From Felis catus (lineage: Eukaryota), in assembly GCF_018350175.1 (NCBI RefSeq), contig NC_058369.1, positions 13,146,001 to 13,210,000 on the forward strand: DNA of 64,000 nucleotides, read 5' to 3'. This document shows positions 61,690-64,000 of this stretch, in pieces. The position numbers were made by a program, and so were the translations under genes. Position 1 is the stretch's first letter; each line of letters opens with the position of its first letter. Below the pieces are notes generated by a model that saw nothing but the letters and a program-made list of their open reading frames with translations, was not told the DNA's origin and searched no databases.

Positions 61690-62400
61690 GGTTGCTGAGG
61701 ACGGAAGTGGTCTGGCCTCCCTCACGGACCACTTGGGCAAGCAGTCTGGCCGTCTCTTACCCCATCTCCAAGCCATCCTTCCCCTAGGCATTTACTGGGA
61801 GAGAATGAGGTATAGTCACCGTGAGACAGGTACAAAAAAGGCTCAACACAGGTTTATCCGTGATAGCCCCAAACTGGAAACAACCCAAATGTCCACCAAC
61901 AGGTGAAATGAACAATTAGTGAGGCGATGAAAGTTTTATGGAGCTAGTATTAAGTGAAGGTTATACCACACTGGGAACTAAATGTACTGTCACTGAATGA
62001 CAGACTTTAAAATCCTTAAAACGATAGGTTATATGTTTTTTGTGTTTTGCCACAACGTTAAAAAATGGTACCCAAGAATACTCCAGAGCCATGAAAAGGA
62101 CCAACGCCAGCTTCTCACCGTAACATGGGGAAACAAGGGAAGCCAGATCCAAGAACACATACCCCCTGAGATCCCCTTTAATGTGAAGTTCGAAACCAGG
62201 TAAAACTCACCTATCATGACAGAGGTCGGGGCAGGGGAGGGGAGAATCAACTGGAGAGCCCCAAGAACTACCAGGAGCTGGGAATGTCCTAGATCCTGAC
62301 TGGAGTGTCATTGCCCTTGTCCACCTCCCCGTTTAACATTTGTGAACTTGACCATGTGTATGTTAAGCCTCAAGAAAAAAAAATGTTAAAAAGAGAAAAG
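61690..62400 (+). mobile_element. old L1 (L1ME-like) 3' fragment
   Basis: tagccccaaactggaaacaacccaaatgtcca. Confidence 0.6.
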
Positions 62401-64000
62401 AATTGCCAGGATGAGAAGACAAGAATGTCCATCAGTCCTGAGGGCTAAGGGTTCCATTTTCCCCACAAATGCTATTATCTGATCCCTCTAGGGACGGATG
62501 ACCTAGAAACAGGCCTGGAGCTGGGTGGGGACAAAGGCAGGAGGGCAGTGACCTTAGTCTTGTGTCTGGGATTTCAGAAATGATCCCCAGATGCTTCATC
62601 TCTGGGGAGTTGCTTCCCACATTCCCCATACGAGGGTCCCCAGTCTGGATGACATCATGAGACAGGAAATCGTCAGGACTCCAGAACACTCAGAACACCA
62701 GCCCCCAGAGTCCTTGGAGAGGACCTTTCCTCCCAAATCAGACACCCTGGTGAAGACACATTCTCACACTTCAGGGCCCTTTAAGACAAACTAGAATTAA
62801 TTAGCAACAAGGATAACTCACAGCCTTGGGCAGAAGGAAGAGCATAGACTTCAGTCAGAAGGTCCTGGGTTCAAGTCCTAACTTAATCACTACACGTGAA
62901 GGAATAAATGAATGGTGGAGAGATGGGCTTTTCATCCCCATTCCACAAGGCTTTATGATGCATTTCCAGGATGTTCAGCCTTGTCCTACAAAAGGCTGGG
63001 GGTCCAGAGAGGCCTCTGCCTGGCCTGGCCTCCAACGAGCTCCCAGCCTAGTAGGGGAGACGGAGCCTGACAGAGACACTCCCATTCCTATTATTGCTCA
63101 AAGCAATAATACAATAAATCACAGGCAGCCAGGACACAGGGGAGGCAGCTAAGAAGGAGGGACTAGGGTAGAGGAAGTATGCTAGGGCCAAAAGAGAGAG
63201 AGGAAGTGGAGTACTAGAACATTAGACAGCACGTGGCCAGTGACTGTTACACACTGACCAGGGAGGAAGCTGGGCTGAACGACCCCAGATAATGAAGGGC
63301 AGCAGAAGGCCAATCCTGCTTCCCAGGCCTTTTCACTTCTGTCTTGATTTGTTTTGTATACCTCCAGAGATGGAGGCCTCAGTGCCAAGAGAGACGGCCC
63401 AGCCCTCCCTGGGCACAGGCAACTGTCAGAAAGTTTGGTGCAACATGATTTTTTTTTTTTAAAGCAGTGACCACCATAGTTAAAAGGGCTGGGTGCGATT
63501 GTTTGGGGAGGAAGGGTTACTACCGACGTGAGGCAGGCAGTCGGCACCTGCTGCAGACTGGATTTAAAATCAGACTCCCTTGGATTCAGCTCTCTGCTCT
63601 CTACTTAAGGGGCTCATGACTTCATCTCTGCAAGCCTGCTTCTTCTCTGAAACGACCATGATAACATCACCTACCTCATAGGTTTATTCATTGAGCTAAT
63701 GGAGTAAAATGCCTGACACATAGGTGCAAGCGTGTTCCCCTGCGCCAGGGCCCAGAGTGCTCTGGAATGTGTCCCAACCACAAATGTACTTTCCTACCTC
63801 TAAAGCGGTGCACATGCTCTAACTTGCCTCAAATGCTCTTGCCCCACCACTCATACCTAGCAAACTCCTACGCATTCCTTAAAGCCCTAGCTGTAAGATA
63901 CCGCTCTTTTCTCTGTTCAAGCCCTGACCCAGGGACCTAGGGGCATGTGGGCCTGGTTCTCACTGGGCCCACTCTTACGTGCTGAGTTCCCTGAGAACAC

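Noticed and set aside
49750..64000. Second protein-coding gene upstream
   Set aside because: No recognisable exons; ORFs map to SINE/L1/L2/MIR or low-complexity sequence.

Overview
Mammalian genomic DNA, almost certainly felid, given the many young SINEC_Fc-type CanSINEs. It contains the 5' ~80% of UNC13A (Munc13-1, synaptic vesicle priming factor) on the minus strand. I traced 36 coding exons by hand from the ATG at 49456 to a 6-nt microexon at 1227-1232. All have GT-AG boundaries and consistent phases, giving 4272 nt / 1424 codons (C2A, acidic tract, calmodulin-binding site, C1, C2B, most of MUN). The 3' exons lie beyond the left edge. About 14 kb of upstream intergenic sequence (49.7-64 kb) is mostly SINE/L1/L2/MIR, with no recognisable gene. 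Most long ORFs in the supplied track are repeat artefacts. Main points of interest: two 6-nt microexons; a candidate in-frame 42-nt cassette exon in intron 7; a candidate alternative terminal exon that would give a C2A-only protein; a UG-flanked in-frame upstream acceptor for exon 7; apparent homology to the human TDP-43-repressed cryptic exon in intron 20; an expanded poly-Glu tract; RE1/REST sites; two uORFs; and unusual repeat expansions. Comparisons to human are from memory and need alignment to confirm. I found no evidence of a wholly new gene system.
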